The notes under the pieces: model-generated
Told to the model about the DNA's origin: nothing
Database searches by the model: none
The model's input: only the letters and a program-made list of their open reading frames with translations
In this document: positions 11,655 to 25,101 of the stretch, piece by piece
Numbering within the stretch: position 1 is the first letter of the stretch
How the letters are laid out: each line of letters begins with the position of its first letter
Program-made: the position numbers and the translations under genes
DNA from: Bacillus subtilis subsp. subtilis str. 168
GTDB taxonomy: Bacteria; Bacillota; Bacilli; Bacillales; Bacillaceae
Assembly (NCBI RefSeq): GCF_000009045.1
Contig: NC_000964.3
Coordinates: 3,480,001 to 3,512,000 of the forward strand
DNA length: 32,000 bases
Reading direction: 5' to 3'

Positions 11655-12689
11655 TTATTTTGTCCCTTTTCGAATGGCTTTCCAAAAGGATTCTGACTCG
11701 TTTCCTAATGCGTAAACTGAAACACCTGCTATTTTATATTGCTTTGCCAGATGGCTTTTCGTTTGAACGGTTTTTTCGTTTTCATACCACACGACATGTT
11801 TATGCTTCTTTTTGTCAACATAAGAAAACGTCATCGAGCCTGATTTTTTGTTGAATGCCGGCTTTGCTTTTTGTTTTTTGATGAGGGATTTGAGCTCATT
11901 CCATTCCCTTATTGTGCTGGTACTTCCGTCTTTTACATCCCAGTCATAGCCGTACGCAGGGATTCCCATGATGACTTTATTGGCTTTGATCTTTTTGACT
12001 GAAAACTGCAGAGAGCTTTTGATCCAGTTTGTGCTTGCCACTGACCCCGGCTCACCCCAAATGCCGTGTTCATCGTAGGTCATGACTTGTACGAAGTCGG
12101 CATATTTGCCGATTTTCGCATAATCATACGGCCAGCTCCAGTCATCATTTTTATCATCGGCGCTTTTGGCCGGAACGGATACCATTGTTTTAATATGTTT
12201 CTTATTCAAAGCCTGTGAGACATATTGAATGAAGTTCGAGTATGCAGCGCGGTCTTCTGGATTTACTGCTTCAAAATCGATATTGATTCCGTAATATGAG
12301 TGCTTTTTGGCCAGTGTAATTAACTGATCTGTGAATCGTTTTTTCGCTGTTTTATTGCTCATGACCCGACTCGCTAAATCTCCGTCAAAATCATAAATGG
12401 CATCATTATAGTTTGAAATGACAGCCCATGTCTTGATTTTTTTCTTTTTCGCATATGTCAGCTGCTTAGTTGGGGCATCGCCAATGATTTGTCCGTTTTT
12501 TTCAAACGCAAATGTATCGGTTGCGATGGCATTCATGTATGTATGATATTTCGTAAGAGAATTGTATGAAGCCGTATCCCCAGTCGTGTAGCCTACTGTC
12601 ATACCGGCTGCCTTCGCTTCTCCTTTTGTATACATAAACAGAACAATCGCAATCGCCAGTGAAACCGCTATGATCAGCCATTTTTTCAT
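11655..12689 (-). CDS. yvbX: glycoside hydrolase family 18-like (chitinase-fold) protein with signal peptide, 344 aa
   Basis: YYGINIDFEAVNPEDRAAYSNFIQYVSQAL (GH18 DxxDxE-like motif) and VQVMTYDEHG; N-terminal hydrophobic signal sequence. Confidence 0.85.
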   Translation of the reverse strand: MKKWLIIAVSLAIAIVLFMYTKGEAKAAGMTVGYTTGDTASYNSLTKYHTYMNAIATDTFAFEKNGQIIGDAPTKQLTYAKKKKIKTWAVISNYNDAIYDFDGDLASRVMSNKTAKKRFTDQLITLAKKHSYYGINIDFEAVNPEDRAAYSNFIQYVSQALNKKHIKTMVSVPAKSADDKNDDWSWPYDYAKIGKYADFVQVMTYDEHGIWGEPGSVASTNWIKSSLQFSVKKIKANKVIMGIPAYGYDWDVKDGSTSTIREWNELKSLIKKQKAKPAFNKKSGSMTFSYVDKKKHKHVVWYENEKTVQTKSHLAKQYKIAGVSVYALGNESESFWKAIRKGTK

Positions 12690-12763
12690 CGCATTTCCTC
12701 CTGTATCAAGTCATACTCTTCTCATCGGCCAAAAAATTGGAAGTTGAAGTTTTTTCAAGCAAA

Positions 12764-12789
12764 AAGCCCGGCATATGCCTGCCGGGCTT
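12764..12789 (-). terminator. terminator of lutABC operon
   Basis: Minus strand AAGCCCGGCA-GGCATA-TGCCGGGCTTTTTGC. Confidence 0.88.
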
Positions 12790-12796
12790 CCTGAGT

Positions 12797-13519
12797 TCAG
12801 CGGTCAGAGACGAGAATATATGCTGCCTTTACTGGTCCATGCACCCCCACAACTAAATCCATTTCAATGTCGGCTGAGTTACTCGGTCCGGTAATGTAGT
12901 TGATACATGAAGGAACAGTGACACCGTTCGCAATGTTTTGGCGGATGATATCACTGGCTTGTGTCATTCTCGGTACAATGCTTGATTTCGGCACGATCGC
13001 AATATAAGTCGTTGGCAAAAGGCTGACAGAGCGGCCGATGTCTTTTGAGGAGAAGAGGACAACCGTCCCCGACTCAGCCAATGTAATTTCGCTGAATGTA
13101 ATCCCTACATTGGCTTGCTCCGCTTTTTTAATATTTTCCTCGCCTTTGTCAGCATCCCACTCCCAGACCGGCGTTCCTTCACTCGGCCAGTCCTTGGTGA
13201 GCAGGCTTTTCAGTCCGTATTCTTCAAAGCGGGGGTCCTTCGGAATGATGACAGGGCCTCCAGAAAAGCGGCTGACTTGCTCGCGCAGGGCATCGTAAAG
13301 GCCGGTTGAATCCGTTTCAATCAGCTCTGTATGGATTTTGACACAATGGTTTTTGAGCACTGTGACTAAGTCATCCGCTGAATAACCTTCAAGTGTTTTA
13401 TATTGCGGCTGATGCGCCCATTCAGGGACTGCCACGCCTCCTGTTCTTCGTTCACGGCCCAGGCTGGATGCGATTCGGTTTAAAAAGCTCTCTTGATTCT
13501 GAATGGTTCCCTTCGTCAT
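12797..13519 (-). CDS. lutC: lactate utilization protein C (LUD domain), 240 aa
   Basis: TKGTIQNQESFLNRIASSLGRERR...; TGATG overlap with the lutB stop; RBS AGGAGG. Confidence 0.95.
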   Translation of the reverse strand: MTKGTIQNQESFLNRIASSLGRERRTGGVAVPEWAHQPQYKTLEGYSADDLVTVLKNHCVKIHTELIETDSTGLYDALREQVSRFSGGPVIIPKDPRFEEYGLKSLLTKDWPSEGTPVWEWDADKGEENIKKAEQANVGITFSEITLAESGTVVLFSSKDIGRSVSLLPTTYIAIVPKSSIVPRMTQASDIIRQNIANGVTVPSCINYITGPSNSADIEMDLVVGVHGPVKAAYILVSDR

Positions 13520-14958
13520 CACTGCTCCTCCTTCGTGCGTTCACTTGTTTCTCTGTCCGCAAACCAGTCTCTGAATCTCGATTTATGCGGTGCCGGGAAG
13601 TCGCGAATCTGGGTCCAATTTTTAAGCGGGCCGGGCCCTTTCGAAATTTTTTCGTCCTCTGTAAAAGGCGTCATGGCGGCCGGCGCCCATTTTGAGCCCA
13701 TTTTGTAAAGCGATAAGGAGGATGCGCCAAGTCCGAATGCTTTCATTGCAAGCTTTTCACTGATCGGCGCCCTGCCTTCTTTTTCGACGATATTCTGACG
13801 ATGCTTGAGTAGCAGCTCATGAAGCGGGATTTTGACCGGGCAGGCTTCTGAACAAGCAGCGCACAGTGAAGATGCGTACGGCAGCTCCTTATAATCGTCA
13901 TAACCGCCGAGCAACGGTGATAAAACAGCTCCGATCGGCCCCGAGTAGATTGAGCCGTATGAATGTCCGCCGACATGGCGGTACACAGGACAGACATTGA
14001 TACAGGCGGCACAGCGGATACATTGCAGCACAGACTGGAATTCCGTTCCAAGGATATTGGATCGTCCATTATCAACGATGACAAGATGGAATTCTTCCGG
14101 ACCGTCCACTTCACCTTCCAGCTTCGGACCCGTCAAAGCTGTAATATAGCTTGTCAGCCGCTGTCCGACAGCACTTCTAGTCAGCATGCTGACTAGCACT
14201 TCAAATTCAGAAAATGACGGGACAATCCGCTCCATTCCCATGACGGTAATTTGTGTTTTCGGCAAGGTGCTCACAAGCCGTCCATTTCCTTCATTGGTCA
14301 CAAGGCTGACGGAACCCGTGTCAGCGATGGCGAAGTTACAGCCGGTAATGCCGATATCCGCTTCCAGAAACTTTTTCCGGAGAATGGCGCGCGCATGCAT
14401 CACCAGCTCTTCCGGTTTTTCTGTATGTTGATAGTCCAGTCTTTCTTTAAACACATCGCGTATCTGCTCTTTATTTTTATGAAGAGCGGGCGCTACGATA
14501 TGTGACGGCGGATCGTGATCATCAATCTGCAAAATATACTCGCCGAGATCGGTTTCTACGACTTCACAGCCTTCCTTCTCCAGCACCTCATTCAGATTGA
14601 TTTCCTCTGTGACCATTGATTTAGATTTCACAATTTTCTTCCCGTTCTTCTTTTGAATGACATCCCGAATATAGGAAGACGCCTCTTCCGCTGTTTTCGC
14701 GAAATAGACATGTCCGCCTCTTTTCGCCACATTTTCGGCAAGCTGTCCGAGATAGAAATCAAGGTTTTCAAGGACATGCTGCCTGATTTCCTCTGATAAT
14801 GAGCGCCACTCCTCCCAGTTTCCCAGTTCTTCTGCTGCCTCTAGGCGCCGCGTCCGCAGACGCTCCTGTGCACCTGAAACAGCGCCTCTCATAAATTCAT
14901 TATCAATCCCCTGTGATACCCGCTCTTTAAAAGCGTCAGTACCGATTTTCATCGCCAT
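13519..14958 (-). CDS. lutB: lactate utilization iron-sulfur protein B (LUD + 4Fe-4S ferredoxin domains), 479 aa
   Basis: [19 protein letters not shown] and [14 protein letters not shown] cysteine clusters. Confidence 0.96.
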   Translation of the reverse strand: MAMKIGTDAFKERVSQGIDNEFMRGAVSGAQERLRTRRLEAAEELGNWEEWRSLSEEIRQHVLENLDFYLGQLAENVAKRGGHVYFAKTAEEASSYIRDVIQKKNGKKIVKSKSMVTEEINLNEVLEKEGCEVVETDLGEYILQIDDHDPPSHIVAPALHKNKEQIRDVFKERLDYQHTEKPEELVMHARAILRKKFLEADIGITGCNFAIADTGSVSLVTNEGNGRLVSTLPKTQITVMGMERIVPSFSEFEVLVSMLTRSAVGQRLTSYITALTGPKLEGEVDGPEEFHLVIVDNGRSNILGTEFQSVLQCIRCAACINVCPVYRHVGGHSYGSIYSGPIGAVLSPLLGGYDDYKELPYASSLCAACSEACPVKIPLHELLLKHRQNIVEKEGRAPISEKLAMKAFGLGASSLSLYKMGSKWAPAAMTPFTEDEKISKGPGPLKNWTQIRDFPAPHKSRFRDWFADRETSERTKEEQ

Positions 14959-14984
14959 GATCCTTTCCCCCTCTGAATCCAGTT

Positions 14985-15701
14985 TTATCTGCTGTTGAGC
15001 ACTTCGGCGATGTGCATCACTTTGACATTCTTATCTTTTCGGCCAAGCCGTCCCCCGATATTCATCAAACAGCCGCAGTCAGCACCGATCAGCACCTCTG
15101 CTCCCGTTTCCTCCACACATTCGACTTTTTCATCGACCATCTGCTCAGAAATCTGCGCCATCTTGACTGAGAACGTTCCTCCGAATCCGCAGCAGTTATG
15201 TTTGCCCGGAAGCTCTGTAAACTGCAGGCCCTTCACATGGCTCAACAGCTTCATCGGCTCCTTCCGAACACCCAGCAGCCTAGTCATATGGCACGACGTA
15301 TGTAAGGTCGCTTTTGTATGAAGGGTCGCGCCGACATCCTCTACCCCAAGGACGTTCACAATAAAATCTGTCAGTTCATACGTTTTATCCGCCAGCTTTT
15401 TCGCTTTATCGGCCCATTTCGGATCATCCTGAAACAGGTGCGGATACTCCCGGAACATCGTTGTGCAGGAACCCGAAGGACTGACAACATATTCGGAATC
15501 CTGAAACGTTTCGATCATCCGTTTCATTGCTTTTTTGGCGTCATGTACATAGCCGCTGTTGTAAGCCGGCTGTCCGCAGCAAATCTGCCCTTCTGGAAAA
15601 TCAACCTCGCACCCAAGCCGCTCCAGCAGCTCAACCGTTGCTTTTCCGACATTTGTTTGAAACATATCAACAAGACAAGTGACAAAAAGTGAGACTTTCA
15701 T
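14985..15701 (-). CDS. lutA: lactate utilization protein A (CCG-domain, glycolate-oxidase-like Fe-S protein), 238 aa
   Basis: [51 protein letters not shown]..., [13 protein letters not shown]. The internal ATG at 15701 with a GAGGGG RBS is preferred to the track start at 15725. Confidence 0.94.
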   Translation of the reverse strand: MKVSLFVTCLVDMFQTNVGKATVELLERLGCEVDFPEGQICCGQPAYNSGYVHDAKKAMKRMIETFQDSEYVVSPSGSCTTMFREYPHLFQDDPKWADKAKKLADKTYELTDFIVNVLGVEDVGATLHTKATLHTSCHMTRLLGVRKEPMKLLSHVKGLQFTELPGKHNCCGFGGTFSVKMAQISEQMVDEKVECVEETGAEVLIGADCGCLMNIGGRLGRKDKNVKVMHIAEVLNSR

Positions 15702-15733
15702 GATGAACCCCTCTCTCATCCCCAATATATGAT

Positions 15734-15752
15734 CAGGTCATCTGATGACCTG
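15734..15752. promoter_or_regulatory. LutR operator upstream of lutA
   Basis: CAGGTCATC-T-GATGACCTG, perfect 9-bp arms, containing TCATC-N-GATGA (FadR-type operator). Confidence 0.85.
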
Positions 15753-15764
15753 AGTTAAAATAAC

Positions 15765-15793
15765 TATATGAATATCGTACACTATTCTGACAA
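15765..15793 (-). promoter_or_regulatory. candidate sigma-A promoter of lutABC
   Basis: Minus strand TTGTCA-N17-CATATA immediately upstream of the operator. The -10 is imperfect; TATAGT with a 19-nt spacer is an alternative. Confidence 0.5.
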
Positions 15794-15837
15794 TGGAAGG
15801 AAAGAGTTTTCTAGGGATATTTTCATTTGTGGCATAT

Positions 15838-15865
15838 CAAAAACACTCCCGATCTCCCAGGAGTG
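15838..15865 (-). terminator. weak terminator downstream of yvfU
   Basis: Minus strand CACTCC-TGGGAGATCG-GGAGTG-TTTTTG. Confidence 0.6.
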
Positions 15866-15875
15866 CAGTATATGG

Positions 15876-16478
15876 TTAGATCCAGCCCTTTTCCTCAGCG
15901 ATGCTGGCGGCTTCTGTCCGATTTTTCGCATTAAGCTTTTGGATGATTTCTGAGATATAGTTTCGAACTGTGCCTTGAGATAAATAGAGCTCCAGCGTAA
16001 TGTCTTTTGTTGTCTTGCCTAAAGCCGCAAGCCTCAGAATTTCTTGCTCTCTAACGGTTAGCGGATTTTCGTCTCGCATCATATTAAACGTCAGCTCAGG
16101 GCTGAAGACACGTTTTCCCTTTACACATTTTCGAATGGCATCGGCCAGATCGTCAATTTCACCGTCTTTCAGCAGATAGCCATGTGCACCGGCCTTTACG
16201 GCGCGTTCAAAATATCCGGGGCGGGCAAAGGTGGTTAAAATAATGACCTTGCTGACGCAGCCTTTTTTCATTAATTCCTCTGCCACATTCAGCCCGCTTC
16301 GAACCGGCATTTCAATGTCCATAATGCATACATCCGGCTCCAGCTTCAAAATAGCATGTAGCGCCTCTTCCCCGTTTAATGCTTGTCCGATGACTGTCAT
16401 ATCCTCTTCTAAATCAAGCAAAGATCCCAAAGCGCCTAAAAGCATTCGCTGGTCCTCAGCAATAAACAGACGAATCAT
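15876..16478 (-). CDS. yvfU: NarL/LuxR-family response regulator, 200 aa
   Basis: MIRLFIAEDQRMLLGALGSLLDLEEDM...DVCIMDIEMP...; C-terminal LuxR HTH LTVREQEILRLAALGKTTKDIT. Confidence 0.92.
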   Translation of the reverse strand: MIRLFIAEDQRMLLGALGSLLDLEEDMTVIGQALNGEEALHAILKLEPDVCIMDIEMPVRSGLNVAEELMKKGCVSKVIILTTFARPGYFERAVKAGAHGYLLKDGEIDDLADAIRKCVKGKRVFSPELTFNMMRDENPLTVREQEILRLAALGKTTKDITLELYLSQGTVRNYISEIIQKLNAKNRTEAASIAEEKGWI

Positions 16479-16494
16479 TCTTTTCGTCCTCCAA

Positions 16495-17610
16495 TCATTC
16501 TGCTTTTTTAATAAGCGGAATCGTCAGTGCCACAACCGTTCCGTTATGGTCTGAAACCGTTAATCCCCCTTCAATGAGCATGAGCCGTTCTTCCATTCCC
16601 CACAGGCCATTCCCAAACATTTTCTCCTTCGGCGCTCCCTTTCCGTCATCCCGTATTACGATCCTCATTTTGTCAGCAAATTGAGAAATGGTGATGGCAC
16701 AGTGGGTTGCTTTGCTGTGCTTGATAATGTTAGTCACGGCTTCCCGCATACACATACTGATAATATTTTGAGTGACGGGAGATATCACTGAAAAGTCGTC
16801 GGCTCCTTCGTATTGAAAGGTAATGTTCCCCGCTCTTAATATGTGCTGAATGTTTACGAGCTCCTCTGTTATCGTGACCGTTCTCATATCAGAAACCAGC
16901 TCTCGAACTTGCTTGAGTGCGGAGCGTGAACTGGTTTCCATTTCTTTTGCCTCAAGCTTGGTCCGTTCTGGATCAGATGCAGCCAGCCGCTGAATGAGCT
17001 GGCTTTTTAATGTAAGCAGCGACAGGGTGTGGCCAAGAGTATCGTGAAGATCACGGGCGATTCGAACACGTTCCTCCCTTTTAGAGAGTTCTTTTATCTG
17101 TTCGTTGGCTTGTGCAAGCTTAGCTTCAAGCTCAATCCTCCGAAACATAGAACGAATTCCGAATGGAGAAATGAGCATAATGACGAGAAACGGGAGAACA
17201 GAAAAAAGCTCCCGAAGCGAGACCGAATTCGCGATAAATTGGTATAGGCATGGAAAAAGCAGTATAAAGATTAAAGCGCAGAACGCACGGTTAAAATTCG
17301 TTTTCTCTTTGTAATAACCAACAAAGTTTGCCGGAAAAAAACCTAAGTATATATAGGTGATATTGTAAAACACACTATACATCAAAATAACCGCCATTTG
17401 CACGATAAGCCAATATGTAAACGAAGCTTTGCCCACGCTGCAGAATAACTGGCGATATGCCGCTACAAAAAGGAGCAGCATACCATATCCGATCCCCTGT
17501 TTGACCCCTGATTCTTTTAATAAAGAGAGGAACGGCATAATCGTATACACCAGAAAGATATAAGGGAAAAACCCGAATTCCTTCGGGAAAATAGATATTG
17601 CCTTTTTCAT
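16495..17610 (-). CDS. yvfT: DesK-type multi-TM sensor histidine kinase, 371 aa
   Basis: Several N-terminal TM segments, HisKA_3 motif RVRIARDLHDTLGHTLSLLTLKSQL, and HATPase GNGLWGMEERL. Confidence 0.92.
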   Translation of the reverse strand: MKKAISIFPKEFGFFPYIFLVYTIMPFLSLLKESGVKQGIGYGMLLLFVAAYRQLFCSVGKASFTYWLIVQMAVILMYSVFYNITYIYLGFFPANFVGYYKEKTNFNRAFCALIFILLFPCLYQFIANSVSLRELFSVLPFLVIMLISPFGIRSMFRRIELEAKLAQANEQIKELSKREERVRIARDLHDTLGHTLSLLTLKSQLIQRLAASDPERTKLEAKEMETSSRSALKQVRELVSDMRTVTITEELVNIQHILRAGNITFQYEGADDFSVISPVTQNIISMCMREAVTNIIKHSKATHCAITISQFADKMRIVIRDDGKGAPKEKMFGNGLWGMEERLMLIEGGLTVSDHNGTVVALTIPLIKKAE

Positions 17611-17613
17611 GTA

Positions 17614-18351
17614 TTACACCGCTTCTTGTTTTCTTCTTATATATTTAGATAGTAGCATGAAGAGCATCATATAAGCGATTAATATCAGAATATTTTTCCA
17701 AGTCGGACTCCCACCCCGGACAAGTTCCCACGCTCCGCTCCCGAAATGATAAGACGGAAGCCACTGGCCAATGCTCTGCATCATGTCAGGCATGACCTCA
17801 AACGGCATCCACATCCCTCCGCCTAAAGCCAGCAGCATATAAAGCACATTACTGATTCCGGCCGCTGTTTCTACTTTTCTCATGAGGCCGATTAGTGTGC
17901 CTAATGCTAAAAAAGGCAATGCGCCAAACAAAATCCACAGTCCGCTCATCATCCATTCAAACGGTGACAAGGCAATATCATTGATGATTGCGCCGAACAG
18001 AAATATGACGGTAATTGATAAAACGTGAATGACACTTTGGCCGATCATCTGAGCTGATAAATAGATATGATCCGGAAGAGGCGTAAGGCGGATAAAGGCG
18101 GCCCAGCCTTGTGACCGTTCTTGTACCATTCGGATGCCAAGCGTCATGATAGAGGAACCCATCACGCTGAAGACTGTCATCGACATCAGGTAATGGGCTT
18201 CCCATGCACGTTGATCAGGGACGTTGGTATTCACTACATTTGTAAAGAAATAATAAAAGGCAATCGGCATGATCAGAGACCAAAGCACAAAGTACTTGTT
18301 CCTAAGCACCCTTTTCATTTCAGCGATGCTTTGCTTTTGCAGCACGTTCAC
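17614..18351 (-). CDS. yvfS: ABC-2 type transporter permease, 245 aa
   Basis: Multi-TM ABC-2 permease; adjacent to ATPase gene yvfR. Confidence 0.88.
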   Translation of the reverse strand: MNVLQKQSIAEMKRVLRNKYFVLWSLIMPIAFYYFFTNVVNTNVPDQRAWEAHYLMSMTVFSVMGSSIMTLGIRMVQERSQGWAAFIRLTPLPDHIYLSAQMIGQSVIHVLSITVIFLFGAIINDIALSPFEWMMSGLWILFGALPFLALGTLIGLMRKVETAAGISNVLYMLLALGGGMWMPFEVMPDMMQSIGQWLPSYHFGSGAWELVRGGSPTWKNILILIAYMMLFMLLSKYIRRKQEAV

Positions 18352-19257
18352 TCACATCGCCTCCCTGTTGCCGTCAGCCAGCTGGCGAAATGCCTCATCG
18401 AGCGTTGCTTGCTCAATTCGAATATCCCGTGCATGTATGTTTTCTTGAAAGATCAGCGCCAACACTTTGTCTGTATTTGATGTCTGGATGATGGTTCTCT
18501 CATGCTCGTGGATCACTCTCTCGACTTCCGGGTGACAAGACAGCCTTTCCAATGATTCACTTGAATGAAGCGTAAAGGAAACAGACTGTTTTTGAATTCT
18601 TGAGCGGATTTGCATTGGTGAGCCGTCTGCAACAAGCTGTCCTTCAGTAAAAAATAGGATTCGCTGTGCGGCATCATCTGCTTCCTGTAAATAATGAGTT
18701 GAAAAAATAATCGTTTTTCCTTGGTCCGACAGTCCGTGAATGGTCTGCCAGAATCGGTGTCTTGATGAAGTGTCCATGCCGACTGTCGGTTCATCAAGTA
18801 TAAGCAGCTCCGGGTTCCCGGCAAGAGCCAAAGCAAAGCTCAAACGGCGTTTTTGTCCGCCGGATAATTTTTCTGCTCTTGTTTTCAAATCTTCTTTGGT
18901 GAGTGCTGTTAACGAAACGAGTTCTTTCATGGACAATGGATTCGGATAATAGCTCCGGAAGAGTTCAAGGATTTCATCCACCTTAAGGCCCGGCATGACA
19001 CTTACTTCCTGAAGCATTACACCTATTTTTTCACGAACCTGTTGATCATCGGGAACCCGGTTAAATAGTTTGATTTCTCCCTCACTCGGTTTCAGCAATC
19101 CTAATATCATCGAGACGACGGTCGTCTTCCCTGCCCCATTTGGCCCGAGAATGGCTGCAATTTCTCCTTTTTCAATACTGAAGCTGATGTTGTTTACAGC
19201 GGTTTTTCGCTGGAAATGTTTTGTCACGTTGCTTACTGTTACTGCTTCTTTCATCAC
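18352..19257 (-). CDS. yvfR: ABC transporter ATP-binding protein, about 300 aa
   Basis: Walker [10 protein letters not shown], signature LSGGQKRR, Walker B LLILDEPT. Start is GTG 19257 or ATG 19254 behind AGGAGG. Confidence 0.92.
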
Positions 19258-19540
19258 ATGAGCACCTCCTGATCGTTTACATTGATTGTAAAATGACGGA
19301 GAAGACGATGTTAGTATGGGGTGTCATGATGATGGAGTGACAAATGTCATTTTTTTCTCACCCCGGTGTCTAGGCAATCCTCCTCCTGCATCTTCCAATT
19401 CATCCATCTTTTCTATCTCCCATGTCCTCTTTCTTTTAAACTGCTGTGACATTCATAGAAAGATACACTCTTCAAACCATCCGAGTGTTATGATAGAAAT
19501 ATTGAACTTTATATTACTTTCCGGCTGAAAGGAGCCAATC

Positions 19541-20350
19541 ATGAACGAAGCGATTTTGTCTAGAAATCATGTGAAGGTGAAAGGCAGCGGCAAAGCATCT
19601 ATCATGTTCGCACCTGGTTTTGGATGCGATCAAAGCGTGTGGAATGCCGTGGCACCTGCCTTTGAAGAAGATCATCGGGTGATTTTATTTGATTACGTCG
19701 GTTCGGGACATTCAGATTTGCGCGCATATGACCTGAATCGTTACCAGACACTTGACGGCTATGCCCAGGATGTTCTTGATGTTTGTGAAGCTTTAGATCT
19801 GAAGGAAACCGTGTTTGTGGGTCACTCCGTCGGGGCCTTGATTGGGATGCTTGCATCCATCCGCCGCCCGGAGCTTTTTTCCCATCTGGTGATGGTGGGG
19901 CCTTCTCCTTGCTATTTGAATGATCCGCCTGAGTATTACGGAGGATTTGAAGAGGAGCAGCTCCTTGGCTTGCTGGAGATGATGGAGAAAAATTATATCG
20001 GCTGGGCGACTGTATTTGCGGCAACCGTTCTGAATCAGCCAGATCGGCCTGAAATTAAGGAAGAGCTTGAAAGCCGTTTTTGTTCTACTGATCCTGTCAT
20101 TGCCCGCCAATTCGCGAAAGCGGCGTTTTTTTCTGATCACCGAGAGGATCTTTCGAAGGTAACGGTTCCCTCTCTTATTCTCCAATGTGCAGATGATATC
20201 ATCGCACCTGCAACAGTAGGTAAGTATATGCATCAGCATCTGCCTTATAGCAGTCTGAAACAAATGGAGGCTCGCGGACATTGCCCTCATATGAGCCATC
20301 CAGATGAGACGATACAGCTGATCGGCGATTATTTAAAAGCACACGTGTGA
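19541..20350 (+). CDS. rsbQ: alpha/beta hydrolase required for energy-stress activation of sigma-B, 269 aa
   Basis: [35 protein letters not shown]..., nucleophile motif GHSVG; located immediately upstream of rsbP. Confidence 0.96.
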
Positions 20351-20385
20351 TATAGGAACGAAAGGGATAGAGGTGACCCTCTTAG

Positions 20386-21597
20386 ATGGACAAACAATTG
20401 AATGATGCACCATGCGGTTTCCTCGCTTTGTCAGAAGAGGGGTCGATCATAGCTGCCAACCGCACCCTTATCAAGATTCTGGATTATGAACCGGAGCAGG
20501 TTATCGGCCAGCACATGAATATGATGTTGACCATTCCCGCGCAGCTTTTCTGCCAGCTTTATTTTTTTCCGCTTTTGAAATTGGAGCATCACATCGAAGA
20601 AATATACATTTCCCTGAAAGCAAGAGATGGAGAAGAAATTCCCGTCCTTATCAATGCTATTGCGAGACACGATAGCGGGGCTTCTGTCTTTGATTGTGTT
20701 CTGATTCCAATGCGAAAGCGAAATGAATATGAAAATGAGCTGCTGATAGCCAGAAATGAGGCTCAGGAAGCTTTGCTTGCCAAACAGAAAGCCAATGCGG
20801 AGTTAGAAATTGCCTTGGAAACGCTGAAAGCAAAACAAGAAGAACTTCTTGAGATCAATAAACAAAATCAACAATTTAAATTAAACACCAAAAGAGAGCT
20901 TGAACTCGCCAGAAAGATCCAGAAAAACTCGTTGACTGAACCGATTGTAAACGATCAGGTTCAGATTGACTCTTATTACAACGCATCGAGTGAATTGTCA
21001 GGTGATCTTTACGGATATTATCAAATCGATGAACACCGTTACGGCATTATTATCCTTGATGTGATGGGGCACGGAATTTCATCTGCATTGATTACGATGT
21101 CTCTTCATCCTTTGTTCCAGCGCCAGATCACGCAAGGTCTCAGCCCCGTTAAAGTTATGAAGGAATTGGACCGGCACCTTCACAGCTTGTTTCAAAATGA
21201 TGAGGAAGCAAGACATTATTGCACTGCTATTTATCTCGAGATTGATATAGCACGGCAAAGAATTGATTATGTCAACGCAGGGCATCCGCCGGCACTTTGG
21301 CAGGACGATAGCGGAACTCAACATCTGCTTCACGCGACCTCGCCTCCGATCGGGATGTTTGAAGACTTAGAGTTTCAGTCAAGCAGCCTTTCATACACGG
21401 AGGACGGAAGATTGCTTCTGTATACGGATGGCGTGATGGATCCTACGGCTTCATGTTATTTATTTGATTTACTAAAGGATCATCCTGATTCGCCAATCGC
21501 TGACCTGAAGGAGAAAATCCTTACATCACTGCAGCATCAAAAGGAAGCTCATCATAAGAGTGATGACGAATGTTTTATATTAGTTGATGTAAAATAA
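20386..21597 (+). CDS. rsbP: PAS-domain PP2C serine phosphatase (energy-stress sigma-B regulator), 403 aa
   Basis: N-terminal PAS, coiled coil, SpoIIE/PP2C domain (ELSGDLYGYYQIDEHRYGIIILDVMGHGISSAL). Confidence 0.96.
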   Translation: MDKQLNDAPCGFLALSEEGSIIAANRTLIKILDYEPEQVIGQHMNMMLTIPAQLFCQLYFFPLLKLEHHIEEIYISLKARDGEEIPVLINAIARHDSGASVFDCVLIPMRKRNEYENELLIARNEAQEALLAKQKANAELEIALETLKAKQEELLEINKQNQQFKLNTKRELELARKIQKNSLTEPIVNDQVQIDSYYNASSELSGDLYGYYQIDEHRYGIIILDVMGHGISSALITMSLHPLFQRQITQGLSPVKVMKELDRHLHSLFQNDEEARHYCTAIYLEIDIARQRIDYVNAGHPPALWQDDSGTQHLLHATSPPIGMFEDLEFQSSSLSYTEDGRLLLYTDGVMDPTASCYLFDLLKDHPDSPIADLKEKILTSLQHQKEAHHKSDDECFILVDVK

Positions 21598-21601
21598 AAT
21601 G

Positions 21602-21648
21602 ATCCATGAGACATAACAATGATTTGTTACATCTCATGGATTTTTTTG
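21602..21648 (+). terminator. terminator of rsbQP
   Basis: ATCCATGAGA...TCTCATGGAT followed by TTTTTTT. Confidence 0.88.
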
Positions 21649-21650
21649 TT

Positions 21651-25083
<3,433 letters not shown>

Positions 25084-25101
25084 ATTCTCCTCCTTGTTCT
25101 C

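Noticed and set aside
15768-15953. 61-aa plus-strand ORF between lutA and yvfU
   Set aside because: It overlaps the lutA promoter, the yvfU terminator and the yvfU 3' end. No RBS and no homology recognisable.
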